Source: Andalucia godoyi And28 (lineage: Eukaryota; Protista; Jakobida). Taken from it: DNA of 64,000 nucleotides. The notes below the pieces were generated by a model, which ran no database searches, was not told where the DNA came from, and worked only from the letters and a program-made list of their open reading frames with translations. Positions within the stretch are counted from its first letter, which is position 1, and each line of letters starts with the position of its first letter. The translations under genes were made by a program, and so were the position numbers. Shown here in pieces: positions 1-11,500 of this stretch. The stretch lies in contig VRVR01000049.1 in assembly GCA_009859145.1 (NCBI GenBank), forward strand, positions 176,289 through 240,288, read 5' to 3'.

Positions 1-2214
1 GGTTGCTGATGCAATGTACCCAACGCACTCACGCTGGTACCGAGACAGCGACTTTTCATCCTGCAAGATTTGAGACATGGACAAGATTCCCTGGATGGGA
101 TTTCGCAATTCATGGGATAGAGTATGTACAATCATGGACTTCATCTTGTTCGCTGCCTCGGATTTGAGAGCCTGGATTTCTGCGGTCTGGCGACGATTCG
201 CCTCCGACACATCTCGAAATACAACAACACACAAAGGAGTTTCCGAAACAGGATCAAACGTCTTTGAAAGGTTCATGGAAAACTGAATATCCGGATGGGC
301 GGACAGCGTGACCATCTTGTTTTCTTCTTCAATACTTGCAACAGCGTCCACAAAAGACCGAACATCTTCCACGGTGTCGTGAAGTTTCGAAAACTGATCC
401 AATTTTTGGTAAACGCCGGATATCTTCCGAACCTTTTCAGCCTGGTCAGCCGCGTCTGACGCGACGTCCTCCAAGATCAAAGACTCTGAGCAAACTTCAA
501 ATAACTGTTCCGCAACAGAGTTCGTTTCGACAATTGCTCCCGTGTCTTCACGGAAAACCACCATTGCTTCCTTGACAGATCGCCAGATATACCGCAGTTG
601 CTGTTCGGACTGAAACAGCCTCTTTTCGATGAGTATTCTGTCCAGAGCGTTCACAATAATCTCCGCAACAGAAATCATGAATGTCGAAAAGTCGCCCAAC
701 GGACGAAAATCTGAATGAAATACAATGCCCAAAAAAAGCTGTCGACCGCTTCTCTTCGACAATCGGACCATCTTCAGCTCATGGTTCTTCGCTACGTCGT
801 CCTCGGACAAACCAATATCCAAGTTTCGCACCAAACACGCGATTTCGGTTTGGCGAATCCCGAAAGCAACATCCAACTCGGGTAGATTGCGGACTGCAAA
901 GTCCATAAGAAAGTCTATCTGTTGTCTGCCCAATCGCATATTTCGAATGGAAGACAACATTGGAGACTGCCTATTGTTGTTGATTGAAACTGGAAGTCGA
1001 TGTTTCAACGCATAGTCTTCCACGGCAACATCAAAGCCCGCAACAAGAAATACAGTGCGAATTGGACGCGTTTGTTCAATTGCCGAATTCCTGCGAAGAA
1101 GCGTCCGATCCACGGCATCGTTGGCAAACAACGAGGATCCAAACAGGTGCAACGCTTCGTTCATCAGAGCAATCTTTTGCGTTTCCACAATGGCAATATT
1201 TCCAAGATGTGCCAATGTTTCGAATTGGCTGTATCGGGCACGAAGCTCAGTCCTGTCGTTCACCTGCAGCCGATCGCTGGGCACGTGATCACTTTGCGCC
1301 AAGTACTTTCCGGAAACTTCAAACCATTCTTCTATAAGGGGCCGGAGAAAGGAGGATGCAAACGACGACGCCCTTTCCAAATTGCGAACGCTGTCTTGCT
1401 GAAAAAGGAAGCAAATGATCGCAACCACTTCGCCAGCAATGTCTTCAAAACACGGATATGCACGAACACAAATATCCGATCCTGGCAAAACAGTTTCGCA
1501 ATCAACTTCTCTGTCCAGGCAGTCTGTTAATTGCGCATCCACATTCGCGAGTTCAACAGGCGAAGACAAGAACTGGTTCGAGAGGTCAAATCTGCACTTG
1601 TGAAATTTGGCAAACGGTGCCAGTGACACAGACACTCCTCGTATGCCAGAATCCGCGAGATACTTCTTGACGAGAACACTGCACAATTCGTCAAAGCAGA
1701 CAGCATCTGTCTCGTTGAACGGGGCCTGCATTCTCGGATCCACGGACAGGGAAGGCGTAGCAAGACCTTCAAACCGGCGGGAAAGGTTGAGCCAGAAAAC
1801 AGACTCGTACACCACTGGAAGAAGATTTCGGTACATGTCCCACACCAAGAGGCTCGGGAAAAAAAAGAAGATTACGGAGGAACTCGAAAAGTCCACAAAA
1901 GCAGATATTCTCGCAATGTCCATTCGGTACGTTGGTATAGTGAAGGGTTGGGCTGCGGGGTCGAAGACATCGATGAACGCCACTGTTGACTGGGCTTTAC
2001 CCTGCTCAATTGCCTTTGTAATGAGCTCCGCAACATCCAGCACAGTCATGGAAATTCCCGAGGTTTCTAAAAACTGGAGCCATCTTCTGCGCTTAAACCT
2101 GTGCTTCGGAAGCCCAGTTTCCGCAGAAAAGGAATCCGAAACGGATACACATTCAAGTGAAGGCCACTTACAAAACAAGGACGCCACTGGCAGCCTTGTT
2201 ACAAGAAGTTTCAT
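1..2214 (-). CDS. Sensor histidine kinase (GAF-like + PAS + HisKA), 3' part beyond the window edge
   Basis: Manual translation of the minus frame from ATG 2214 stays open to base 1 (about 738 codons). It is absent from the ORF track because it has no stop in the window. It contains the H-box MIVHTLSHELRNPIQGILSMSQIL (His codon 112-114), preceded by the PAS-like EAMVVFREDTGAIVETNSVAEQLF...VVFRDVSE and GAF-like helices (VAEIIVNALDRILIEKRLFQSEQQLR). TTTTAG just upstream of the ATG could be a splice acceptor, so the true start may lie further upstream. Confidence 0.85.
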   Translation of the reverse strand, partial: MKLLVTRLPVASLFCKWPSLECVSVSDSFSAETGLPKHRFKRRRWLQFLETSGISMTVLDVAELITKAIEQGKAQSTVAFIDVFDPAAQPFTIPTYRMDIARISAFVDFSSSSVIFFFFPSLLVWDMYRNLLPVVYESVFWLNLSRRFEGLATPSLSVDPRMQAPFNETDAVCFDELCSVLVKKYLADSGIRGVSVSLAPFAKFHKCRFDLSNQFLSSPVELANVDAQLTDCLDREVDCETVLPGSDICVRAYPCFEDIAGEVVAIICFLFQQDSVRNLERASSFASSFLRPLIEEWFEVSGKYLAQSDHVPSDRLQVNDRTELRARYSQFETLAHLGNIAIVETQKIALMNEALHLFGSSLFANDAVDRTLLRRNSAIEQTRPIRTVFLVAGFDVAVEDYALKHRLPVSINNNRQSPMLSSIRNMRLGRQQIDFLMDFAVRNLPELDVAFGIRQTEIACLVRNLDIGLSEDDVAKNHELKMVRLSKRSGRQLFLGIVFHSDFRPLGDFSTFMISVAEIIVNALDRILIEKRLFQSEQQLRYIWRSVKEAMVVFREDTGAIVETNSVAEQLFEVCSESLILEDVASDAADQAEKVRKISGVYQKLDQFSKLHDTVEDVRSFVDAVASIEEENKMVTLSAHPDIQFSMNLSKTFDPVSETPLCVVVFRDVSEANRRQTAEIQALKSEAANKMKSMIVHTLSHELRNPIQGILSMSQILQDEKSLSRYQRECVGYIASAT

Positions 2215-4120
2215 GAACAGCTAAAATTGAACATCAATCCAAATAGTGTAAAAAATGACGGCAGCAGAAAAAGTCAAATATATCGAATTAGAGACCCTTC
2301 GTTTCGCCACTGGCTTTCCTTAATCTCGGGCACTCCCTCTTCCTCCCCGAGCTCAGCACACGTTTCAGCAAATGGAAAAAAAACCTGAGGTTGACCCTTC
2401 CGAGTTTCTCTCTCGGCAGAATGGAAAAGGGAAAAACCTCCGTGGAGGCGGCATCAGACCTTCCAATTCAGCGCTTTTGGAGCTGATTGTCAGTATTCGC
2501 ACTGATCGCATGCCCCATCAGACGCAGCTTGGATTGTGCGCGCCGGTGTTCAAGTGTCGGGGCACTTGTCGGAGTCGATCCATGGTCAAACGAAGCAAAA
2601 GAGGAAAGTTTGTCCCCCTTGACGGGCGTGGACATTCGGCGTCGATTGCGCAATAGGCAAATCGTACCGCCTTGCAGCCGAATTGTCACTGCTCCAGCCC
2701 GTACCGCGCAGTTCCAGTCGAACGGCAACCGGATCTTGAATCGCTGCTTCGGGGACTTTGTTCAAGGGCGGCAGCGACAGCGAATGACAAGAGATCGGAG
2801 CAGAGCGTTTCACCATGAAGCTGCAGAGTCGAAGCTGCTTGTCGCACGAATGGTGTGCAAACGTGGACAAATAGTGAAACACAAAAAAGTTTTCACAATT
2901 CAGTAAGGAAAGTGGCCCAAGCTGACGGCATCACCCGGAGCTGTCTCCGTCTTGCGTCTGCTCAGGTGCGAAATCTCGAGTAAAACCCGCCGCTCGCCAA
3001 TCCATGTCGATCATTGGCTAAGCTGTCACCGAAGGCAGATCCAAAGCCCCATGTTATTTATCTGAGGGAGGCGAGCACCAACTCTTCAATGCGGATTGCT
3101 TTGCATCAAAAAGGGTCATCGCAACCAGCATATTCCCCAGTCGATTCAACATTTAAATAATAATAAAAAAATTGAACGTTGGAGGAAAACAGAGTGTTGT
3201 TGGCGATGTTGCACATCGCATCTGCAATTCTCTGACGATGCATTTGCCTTTGCTCCTTCTTGTCCTCACGTAATTGATCACATTTTCGTGATCGGATGAC
3301 CATCAGCTTGCTCAGCAACAACAGAAAATAATAGAAAGCACAAAAAAGTGAAGAGTGATGCACAAGGCTGTCAACCGTCCCTTCGCCGTCCCGAAAAACG
3401 GAATCGAGCGGGGCCGGGAAGCGCGTTGGCATTCCACCAAACGGGCGCCCGGGCCTGCAGGAAAGAAGGAGGTGGAGTCCAGACGCCCAGAGGCTAAGCA
3501 AATGTCGCGGGGCAGTTCCGGAGAGATCGCCGCCTGCAACTAGTGCACAGTTCGGCAAAGCCGCCTCGCCTTCTCTGGACATAGATGGATGCTGTCACCC
3601 CACCAGAGCATGACTCGTTCACAACTCCCGTTTTTGCGCACCCAGACTGCACTGTGCACAACATGATCGCAGCGCGAATCTCTTGTTCTTCTGTTCGAGA
3701 AAATGCGGAGAGTGCCGATGAACGATCATAATATCTGGAATGCAAATAATTATAGTCATAAATTTAAAACGAAGAAAGAATAGAGCAAAGAATAGAGCAA
3801 AATGCAGAGAGTTACTATTGATTCATCCATGTTGGGGTTACTGACTTCCCGTCTTTTGGAATACTGGAGACACGACATTTACTTGGCAAAAATAATAATA
3901 ATAATAATGAATCCATCGAGCATCAAGGACTCAATCCTTCCCTCGTTTCGCTTTCCCAATTGTCAAAGCATTCTACGTGATAATGGTTATTATTTGTTTT
4001 CTTCTTCTTGGTTTTCGTTTTTGCCTCGCAGGCAGCACAATCACCGTTGCAGAAAGAGAATTTAAAATAGAAAAGAAAAAAAAGAAAAAAAAAAGAGAAC
4101 ATACAAGTCAAGGCAAGAGT

Positions 4121-4465
4121 ATGGTTGTGCGCCTCCGACTTGCCCGAATTGGTCGTCACGATCTTCCGTTCTACCGCATTGTAGCCGCTGATGCACGTGC
4201 ACCTCGAGACGGTAAGTTCCTTGAGCAGCTCGGGTCGTTCAATCCAATGCCGCTTCCGACTCCGGCTGCCATCGTGTCTGCTTCCGCTGCAACCGAAAAG
4301 ACAAAGGAGGTGTCGCTCAATGTGTCGAGAATAAAGTACTGGCTCTCTGTGGGTGCTCAACCGTCCGACACGGTTGCAAAGCTGCTTGCTCTGGCGAATC
4401 TCATCCCGAAACCACCGCAGCGACACACTCTGCCAGGCGCCACAAAATCCAAAGCCAAGGAGTAA
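4121..4465 (+). CDS. MRPS16: Mitochondrial (bacterial-type) ribosomal protein S16
   Basis: MVVRLRLARIGRHDLPFYRIVAADARAPRDGKFLEQLGSFNP...VSLNVSRIKYWLSVGAQPSDTV is the bS16 signature; ATG at 4121. Confidence 0.95.
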   Translation: MVVRLRLARIGRHDLPFYRIVAADARAPRDGKFLEQLGSFNPMPLPTPAAIVSASAATEKTKEVSLNVSRIKYWLSVGAQPSDTVAKLLALANLIPKPPQRHTLPGATKSKAKE

Positions 4466-4689
4466 TCACCATCCGCTGCATACTTTTTTTATAAATAAGA
4501 AAAGAAGCCAAAATTAATAATAAAACGAATAAGATTACAAAGGTCAAGGAGAGGAGAGGAGAGGAGAGAGAGAGAGAGAGATAGGAAAAAAAAGAGGGTG
4601 TGCCAGAATCCAGAACGTAACCAAAAGAGCGAGCATATAGATAGGCGGAGCGAGGCACAGAGAACGGACGGGAAGCGGGAAAAAAGCGA

Positions 4690-5979
4690 TCAACAACGGC
4701 GCATCCACTCGAGATGGCGAATGGCCCACTGCGCTTGCAGGTCTTTGGAAACCGGTTCAAAGTCAAGAACACGATCGCACGTCCATGCCCACTCGGATTG
4801 CCACGGCTCGCTCAGCTGCGATAGGAGCGACCTGTGCAACTGCGCAATGTCATTAAGCTCTTTTCTGCGCTGCGCCATCTGGTCATCGTCCACGACGCAG
4901 CCAGCAGGCATGTGGCAAAGGAACTTCAATTGCGTCGTTTGCGGCAACCCGTTGCTCTTTTGTGCAGAGACAGTGGGGTGCGGTGCTGCATACCGCCGAA
5001 AGCATATAAATCTGCGATACATCCACAGCGACTCGTGGCCCGGGTACCGGCAAATAAGGTCTCGAAGCCACAGGTCCTCGTCTTCCATGAGTTCCTGAAC
5101 GGCCTCTGCATCGAGATTACCCAGAAAAGACCACAGAACTGACCGTGCGTGCAGCGCTGAATGGTCCGCAACTCGTCGAGAGCACACATCCTTCGACGGG
5201 CCCTCGATGAGGACGAGCAAATCTCGCGGAGTGTGAAATTTTTGAACTCTGCGGAACACCCGGATCCAATGGCTCCACGCAGGATAGTTCCTCCTGTATT
5301 GTTCCGACAGCATCACAACAAGCTTCCACTCGCTAGCCAGCCGTTCGAATGCCTGCTGCTGCGTCGAGAACATGCCGGAGAAGAGCCAGTTGCGATACGT
5401 CCATGTTTCATCGCTTTTCGGATGCTTCGACAGCACCACCGCGTTCAGATGTGATTCAGAATCCAGCATCCGTTCCGTCGATTCAGAATGCTCGTCTAGG
5501 AGAAGGACAGCCCTGCGTCGAAGGTTCCATGCAGTATAGTTGTCCGCGGATATCATCAATGCAATGGCACAACTCAGCAGCCTTTCACGCAGCAGACTGC
5601 ACAGTTCATCTAGCCGTTTCGAACGTAACCATTCTTCCCTCCCACCACCACCATCGCTGCTACTTCTAGTGTCGTCTATTCCATTGCGACTCTCCATTTC
5701 ATCGCAGATCGACCGAGCAGTCTTTGCCTCGTTCCACGCATACGGATACACGAGCGCAATGAACCAATGAGCCAATACAAGCTGCTTCCCATCTTCCGAG
5801 GTGGACCACGCAGTTCGCAGTGCATCTTCCAGCGACAAAGGAACAGGTTCCGGCGAAAACGCAAATTCCAGCAGAGTCCTGCTTTCCAGCAGCTTCTGAA
5901 GGTGCTCTCGAAACGCAGAATACACAAGCTCCGGATCCGCAATCACAAGTGCCGACAGCTGCCTCCCAGACCTTTTCAT
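4690..5979 (-). CDS. PTAR1: Protein prenyltransferase alpha-subunit repeat protein (PTAR1-like)
   Basis: PPTA repeats DNYTAWNLRR, KHPKSDETWTYRNW, RNYPAWSHW, ADHSALHAR and YPGHESLWMYRR. Confidence 0.8.
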   Translation of the reverse strand: MKRSGRQLSALVIADPELVYSAFREHLQKLLESRTLLEFAFSPEPVPLSLEDALRTAWSTSEDGKQLVLAHWFIALVYPYAWNEAKTARSICDEMESRNGIDDTRSSSDGGGGREEWLRSKRLDELCSLLRERLLSCAIALMISADNYTAWNLRRRAVLLLDEHSESTERMLDSESHLNAVVLSKHPKSDETWTYRNWLFSGMFSTQQQAFERLASEWKLVVMLSEQYRRNYPAWSHWIRVFRRVQKFHTPRDLLVLIEGPSKDVCSRRVADHSALHARSVLWSFLGNLDAEAVQELMEDEDLWLRDLICRYPGHESLWMYRRFICFRRYAAPHPTVSAQKSNGLPQTTQLKFLCHMPAGCVVDDDQMAQRRKELNDIAQLHRSLLSQLSEPWQSEWAWTCDRVLDFEPVSKDLQAQWAIRHLEWMRRC

Positions 5980-6320
5980 CCTCCGTTAAAAAACAATCTC
6001 GCTTTCCTTATTCTCGAACACACTCTCTCCATTGCTCAACACAGCAGCGGTTGTCGCTGTTCTCACCAAGATCACTCCCAAAATCGCTCCCGCACTGTCC
6101 GCACTTTCGCAGCCGCCCCCACCGTAGTCCGTCCGCAAAAGGCCACACGCTGCGCAGACTCCCTTGAGACTCAACTGCACCGCTTACTGTAGATGGGCTT
6201 CGCAGTCTGTTTTAATGGGCTTTCTAAAGTCGAGAAACAGCAGCCGCCGTGTACTGTCATCAGCCGAAGCGAGCCGCGACGATTGCGAGTGTGTGCGAGT
6301 GTGTGCGAGTAAGCGTGTGT

Positions 6321-6351
<31 letters not shown>

Positions 6352-6434
6352 TGTGTGTGTGTGTGTGTGTGTGAATACATCCTCTGAAACGCTTACTTAT
6401 TTAGATATTTTTTCGTACACTCGGCTCCATAAGC

Positions 6435-9217
6435 ATGGCCGTCCGATATACTTCTCGAAGGTATGTAATGCCCTTTTATTAATTTTTTACTTTTCATTTT
6501 TGATCGTGGTTTTTTTGGGGTCCACAGTGAAGATTACTGGTTCTAATGCTGGGGTTTCTTGATGCGGATGCAGTGTGGATGAGTTCCAAACTCTCGAGAT
6601 GATTGGGGAAGGTACATATGGGTATGTCATCTTGTTTTCATATCGGTACTTTTAGTTTTTGACCAGTTGTGTGGATTGTTGTGAGACGGAGAGAATATAC
6701 TCACGTTTCTGCTTTGTTTCCCCTCCTCACTTTTCTTCTCCAAAATGATGGGCGCGACGAATCAGACGGGTGTTTATGGCGAGAGATACGGTTTCGAACG
6801 AGCTTGTTGCATTGAAGCAAGTGTTTATGGGGAAGGAGAGTCTTGGGTTTCCGGTGACTGCCATACGAGAGATCCGGTTGCTGCGAATGCTTCGCCACAT
6901 CAACATTGTGGAATTGAAGGAGATCGTGTCGTCCTTTGACAATACGAATCCAAATGCAGGATCGGTGTATCTGGTGTTTGAGTACGTGGAGCATGATCTT
7001 GCCGGGCTTGTGCTTGAGATGCCGGAGTTGTTCACCTTGCCGAACGTGAAGTACTTGTTTCGTCAGCTGCTGCTTGCTCTTGCACACTGTCATGATCGAG
7101 GGGTCCTGCATCGCGATCTCAAATTGTCGAATATCCTGGTTTCAAGCGCAGGGGTTCTTAAGCTGGCGGACTTTGGGCTCGCAAGAACGGTAATGGAAGA
7201 CTGGGATCTTACAAACAAGGTGATCACGCTCTGGTACCGGCCCCCCGAACTGCTGCTTGGCGAAACAAAGTACTCTGCGGATGTCGACATGTGGAGTGCC
7301 GGTTGCATCCTGTATGAACTTCTGACTCGAAGGGCTCTTTTCAAAGGAAACGACGAGCTGTCGGTTCTCACGCGCATTTTCCGTGTCATGGGAACCCCGA
7401 CGAAAGAATCCTGGCCGAAAGCAAGAGAGTTACCATTCTGGAGCAGTATGCGGCCACGGGAGAACTGGGACTCTTCTTTGCGATCGTACATTCGGTCACA
7501 GACGGATAACAGTGCCGTTCCAGATGACGCCATGGATTTGATGGAGCATCTTCTGACGTGGAATCCTACCGACCGATATACTACTGCACAGGCATTGCAA
7601 CACCCCTTTTTTTCAAACGAGCCCTTGGCTTCGCAGTCCATACCAATCTCGACTTCTGTGGAGTCACACATCCTCCAGACAAACAGACGAATAAGGAAAG
7701 CTACCGGTCAGCCTTCCCAGATAAGCACATCGTCTGCGAAGGAGTTGGCGTCTTCAAAATCCTCCCCGTCGTTTTCTGCTTCATTGCCAGGGCCCGCACC
7801 AGGGAAATCCAATGCACCACCCGTTTCAATTTCCAGCGTTGTTCCAATTCCTGTTCCAGCTGCAGTCCCTGCCATCTCCCTGGCTGCTCACAATCCTCCT
7901 GAAACAGCAGCGGTGTCCACTGCTCCAGCCTCCGCCTCCACTGCCAACCACGTACCAGATCTTGCGAGTTCGCAACAAGCAAATCTCCAAGAAGCAGAAG
8001 AGAGGCGAGGCGAAAGGATGCGATCTGTGCCTGATAAAGCCAATTTCCAACCAGCGAACCGGAGCCGGAATCGAGGTCGAGATCGAGATCGCCAGGTACG
8101 TCATGACACGGATCGTGATCGGCGTTTTCGCGAGCGAGGACGAGGGCCCGGGCGAAATCGTGACGAACGACCGAGTTCCCCGGAACGTGGGAACAGAGCC
8201 TCGCAGGATGTTAACGACCGTGCTGAGAGTTCCCATCAAGACGATCGAAGAAGTCGTGATGGACACGGTGACAGACGGGACCGTGGACGCGTTGATAACG
8301 GAGATTCTCGACGGGAACGCAGGGACCATGGTCATCGTGATTTTCGAGGCAATGCTCAGCGTGGTGATGGACGCGATCATCTGATCGAGGATCGGCGCGA
8401 TGTTCGACGTCACGATCCATGCGATGACACACATGATGACCGACGAGATGACCGACGAGATGACCGTCGTGATGGCCGACGAGATGACCGTCGTGATGAT
8501 CGGCGAGATGACCGTCGTGATGACCGAGATGACCGTCGTGATGACCGACGAGATGACCGACGAGATGACCGTCGTGATGACCGAGATGACCGTCGTGATG
8601 ACCGACGTGATGACCGACGAGATGACCGTCATGATGACCGACGAGATGACCGTCGTGATGACCGACGAGATGACCGTCGTGATGATCGGCGAAACGGACG
8701 ACGCGATGATCGACGGAGAGACCGAAATTCTGAGCAACAGCAGGAATCGCGCGCTGGAGCCGCTATTCTGCATTCGTCCAGTACCGCGAAGGAAGCTGTC
8801 AGCACACCGGCTGCTTCGTTAATTCAAGGCCTTGTTTCCGCGTCATCACGCAAAAGAGAATTCGAAAAGGACATGCACCCGAACTCACCGTCTACAGGAG
8901 AACGACAAGATCCGACCACAAAAAGACCTCGATTCGAATTCCCAGTCTCTACTGGCATGACTGCGACACATGCGACTGCCACTATTGCTGCTGCTTCTTC
9001 TTCTTCCTCGTCGTCGTCGTCGTCTTCGTCTTTTGCTGCTGCGGACTACCGTCCCCCTTCTTCACAGCACGGCCCTGGTTCTGGGAAGACTGGATCGAGT
9101 GGCAGCAGCAGCAAGAACAGCGGCGATCGCAGCAATGGCTCTGAATCTAACCACGGCCGCGGAGGCTTCAACAGGAAGCGCTGGAGGAACCGAGGTGCCA
9201 AACAATCAGAATCCTAA
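6435..9217 (+). CDS. CTD-kinase-type cyclin-dependent kinase (CDK9/CDK12/plant CDKC group), 3 exons: 6435-6460, 6574-6621, 6766-9217
   Basis: Splicing out GTATGT...CAG introns 6461-6573 (branch-like TTCTAAT) and 6622-6765 gives MAVRYTSRSVDEFQTLEMIGEGTYGRVFMARD...GFPVTAIREIRLL (PITAIRE-like), HRDLKLSN, DFGLAR and TLWYRPPE. A long low-complexity RD-rich tail follows. Confidence 0.92.
8435..8718 (+). repeat. Coding tandem repeat of 12-nt units (GATGACCGWCGW) encoding (DDRR)n inside the CDK tail
   Basis: About 20 near-perfect DDRR units, with occasional 9-nt DDR variants, are visible in both DNA and protein. Confidence 0.95.
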
Positions 9218-9386
9218 ATGTCGACTGGGTAATCCTATCCAATCCAATCCAATCCAAAAAAAAAAAAAAAAAAAGATTCTCATTGTTCGCCTTGTAAGAA
9301 TTGAATCAATACGCATTCTAGAGTCCCCTGTACAATAATTACTGAAAGTAAACGACACATTGTGGTGCGGATTCCCGCATCTGAGG

Positions 9387-10715
9387 CTAAGGCATCTCCA
9401 CTCGAATCACTCCTGCGGCTAACGTTTTCAGATTCACAAGGACTGCCTCGCCTGTTGCACCTAGGCTTGGAACTGCGATCAACCGGCACTGCACAGGCCC
9501 ATCTGAGAGCACCCTCGTTGCAAAGCCACTGCTTCCCGCAGCAAACAGTACATGCGGCGTAGTTTCCACAATGAACGGATCGCGGTCAAAGAACGGATAG
9601 CATGCAAGCGTGTCAGGTGCGCACGGACACAAATGTCTCCACGACAATGAAGCTGCAAGGACATCCAACACAGATTCACCCGACGTCGAATCCCCGCTTT
9701 TGGCGCGGATCACCTTTCCCAAGCCGTCAGTAATTTGACTCGAATATCCGCAGACTTCCACACCGTCTGCAATGCGAAATCTGTGGGGATTTGTGGCAGG
9801 TTGCAGTGTGCTGTTCACAAAAGGAACAGAAGAAGTGAGCAAACAAGGATGGATAGGTTGCTGCGGCAGCAAATGATTTGAGGGATCGCTGCGTCCCGGC
9901 ATGAGATCCACAAACACGGAGCCACACAATTCGGCCACCGATTCATCCGCATGCTTGCTCGAAGCATGTTGCGCGACAGGTGTACTTTTTTGGACCTGGG
10001 ATGCGGTCGATGTCGGCGAAACGGCAAGCGCATTTCCAGCGATCACAATCCTAACAATCGATTCCATCATGTGAACAAGGTCTGTGATCTGTGCTAGGAA
10101 TGCAGGAGACGGACTCTCGATAATCAGCAAGTGCGGATCCGACTCGACAAACTGAAATTGTTCCCGATCCATTCGTATGTCAGCAGGCAATGGCTTCTGC
10201 GGAGCAATCCCAGCAAAATAGAACTGCTTCACAAGAAACTGGCCGGAAGCAAGAGGTCTTCCGCACAGTCCCGTCACGATTCCCGTCGGCAAATCATCGA
10301 CTTGAAAGTTGCAGCCTTCAGCAAGCGACAGCCGCACCCGTCCAGACTCGTCTTCCAAGATAAGAGCGTCTTCATCCGAGCAAAAACTCTTCATGCTGAC
10401 AGTTGATGCCGGCTTCAGCACCGATGGCTTAAGCTTCATTTCCTTGTACAGCGTGCCGACTACAGCGACATCTCCTTTCTGAATCGAGTGGTCAGTCTTT
10501 GCAATGTCATGCGCATGCGAAAGAAAGGACTGCAGCTCCAGCACACGGGAAACCCGCTTCACTTCGGACGGAATCCTCTGCAAAACAATCTGCCGAAGAA
10601 CATTCAGCCGGTAAAAGTACACGTGCGCGTACTGGTGAGTATACGAACGAAGCTTCACTCGGTAGTCTCCATCCAAGTTTTCATAATTCACAACTGTCCT
10701 CCCCATGTCATACAC
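9387..10715 (-). CDS. POLD2: DNA polymerase delta small subunit (p50)
   Basis: QYAHVYFYRL, VVGTLYKEMKLKPSVL, LILEDESGRVRL, DLMPGRSDPSNHLLPQQPIHP, RHLCPCAPDTLACYPFFDRDPF. Confidence 0.93.
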   Translation of the reverse strand: MYDMGRTVVNYENLDGDYRVKLRSYTHQYAHVYFYRLNVLRQIVLQRIPSEVKRVSRVLELQSFLSHAHDIAKTDHSIQKGDVAVVGTLYKEMKLKPSVLKPASTVSMKSFCSDEDALILEDESGRVRLSLAEGCNFQVDDLPTGIVTGLCGRPLASGQFLVKQFYFAGIAPQKPLPADIRMDREQFQFVESDPHLLIIESPSPAFLAQITDLVHMMESIVRIVIAGNALAVSPTSTASQVQKSTPVAQHASSKHADESVAELCGSVFVDLMPGRSDPSNHLLPQQPIHPCLLTSSVPFVNSTLQPATNPHRFRIADGVEVCGYSSQITDGLGKVIRAKSGDSTSGESVLDVLAASLSWRHLCPCAPDTLACYPFFDRDPFIVETTPHVLFAAGSSGFATRVLSDGPVQCRLIAVPSLGATGEAVLVNLKTLAAGVIRVEMP

Positions 10716-11077
10716 TGCGCACTATACACAGTGGAGCTAATCACAATCAAAATTCAAAATAAACAGCAGTCGAAAATTCAAAGAAAAACAGAGAAAACTC
10801 AAAAACGTTCCCGCCACATGCTTTCCGAGAGCGGGAAAACCCCGCAAACCCTTCTGTATTCTGTCCAGGGTTGCGGTGAGAGAGAAAACCCAAAACGAAA
10901 CCTATAATAAATTAACAAAAGCTCGAGACCAAAAAGACCCTCTTCTCGGCTCTCCACTCTCTCAACCCGAAAGGACGCCTGTTTTCCTCTCGTGTTTTTC
11001 TTTTTGTTTGCGGTATCTTTTTAAGGCCGTTTTTCATCTCATCAATCCAATAGAGGAGAAACAGAGGGAGAGGGAAA

Positions 11078-11207
<130 letters not shown>

Positions 11208-11500
11208 AATGGAAAATGGAAAATGCTAGGGTGCAAACGACTTTTCATCGAGTTGCAAGTCTTATCCGTTTCAACGGCACTGCGACTACGACTGCAGAGT
11301 TTCTGTTCCTGTCGTAGTGGCTCGACCACCTCCCACATCCGCGCATTTCTTTTGGGTTCTTGATTTTTTCTTTTGTGTTTTTGTTGTATTCTGCACCCCG
11401 CGTTCTTTGGTATTCGCGTGCTTGCGTGTTCGCGTGTGTGTCAGTGTGCATTCGTGTGTGAAGAGAACTTGTGCAATCATCGGAAATCCTACATCCCATA

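Noticed and set aside
8435-8718. Possible CRISPR-like array
   Set aside because: Contiguous coding tandem repeat without unique spacers, in eukaryotic context; no CRISPR array or cas gene was seen.
7826-8773. 315-aa minus ORF with (VISS/VITT)n, and 140-aa plus ORF 8400-8822 with (MTDE/MTVV)n
   Set aside because: These are antisense and alternate-frame shadows of the DDRR repeat in the CDK gene.
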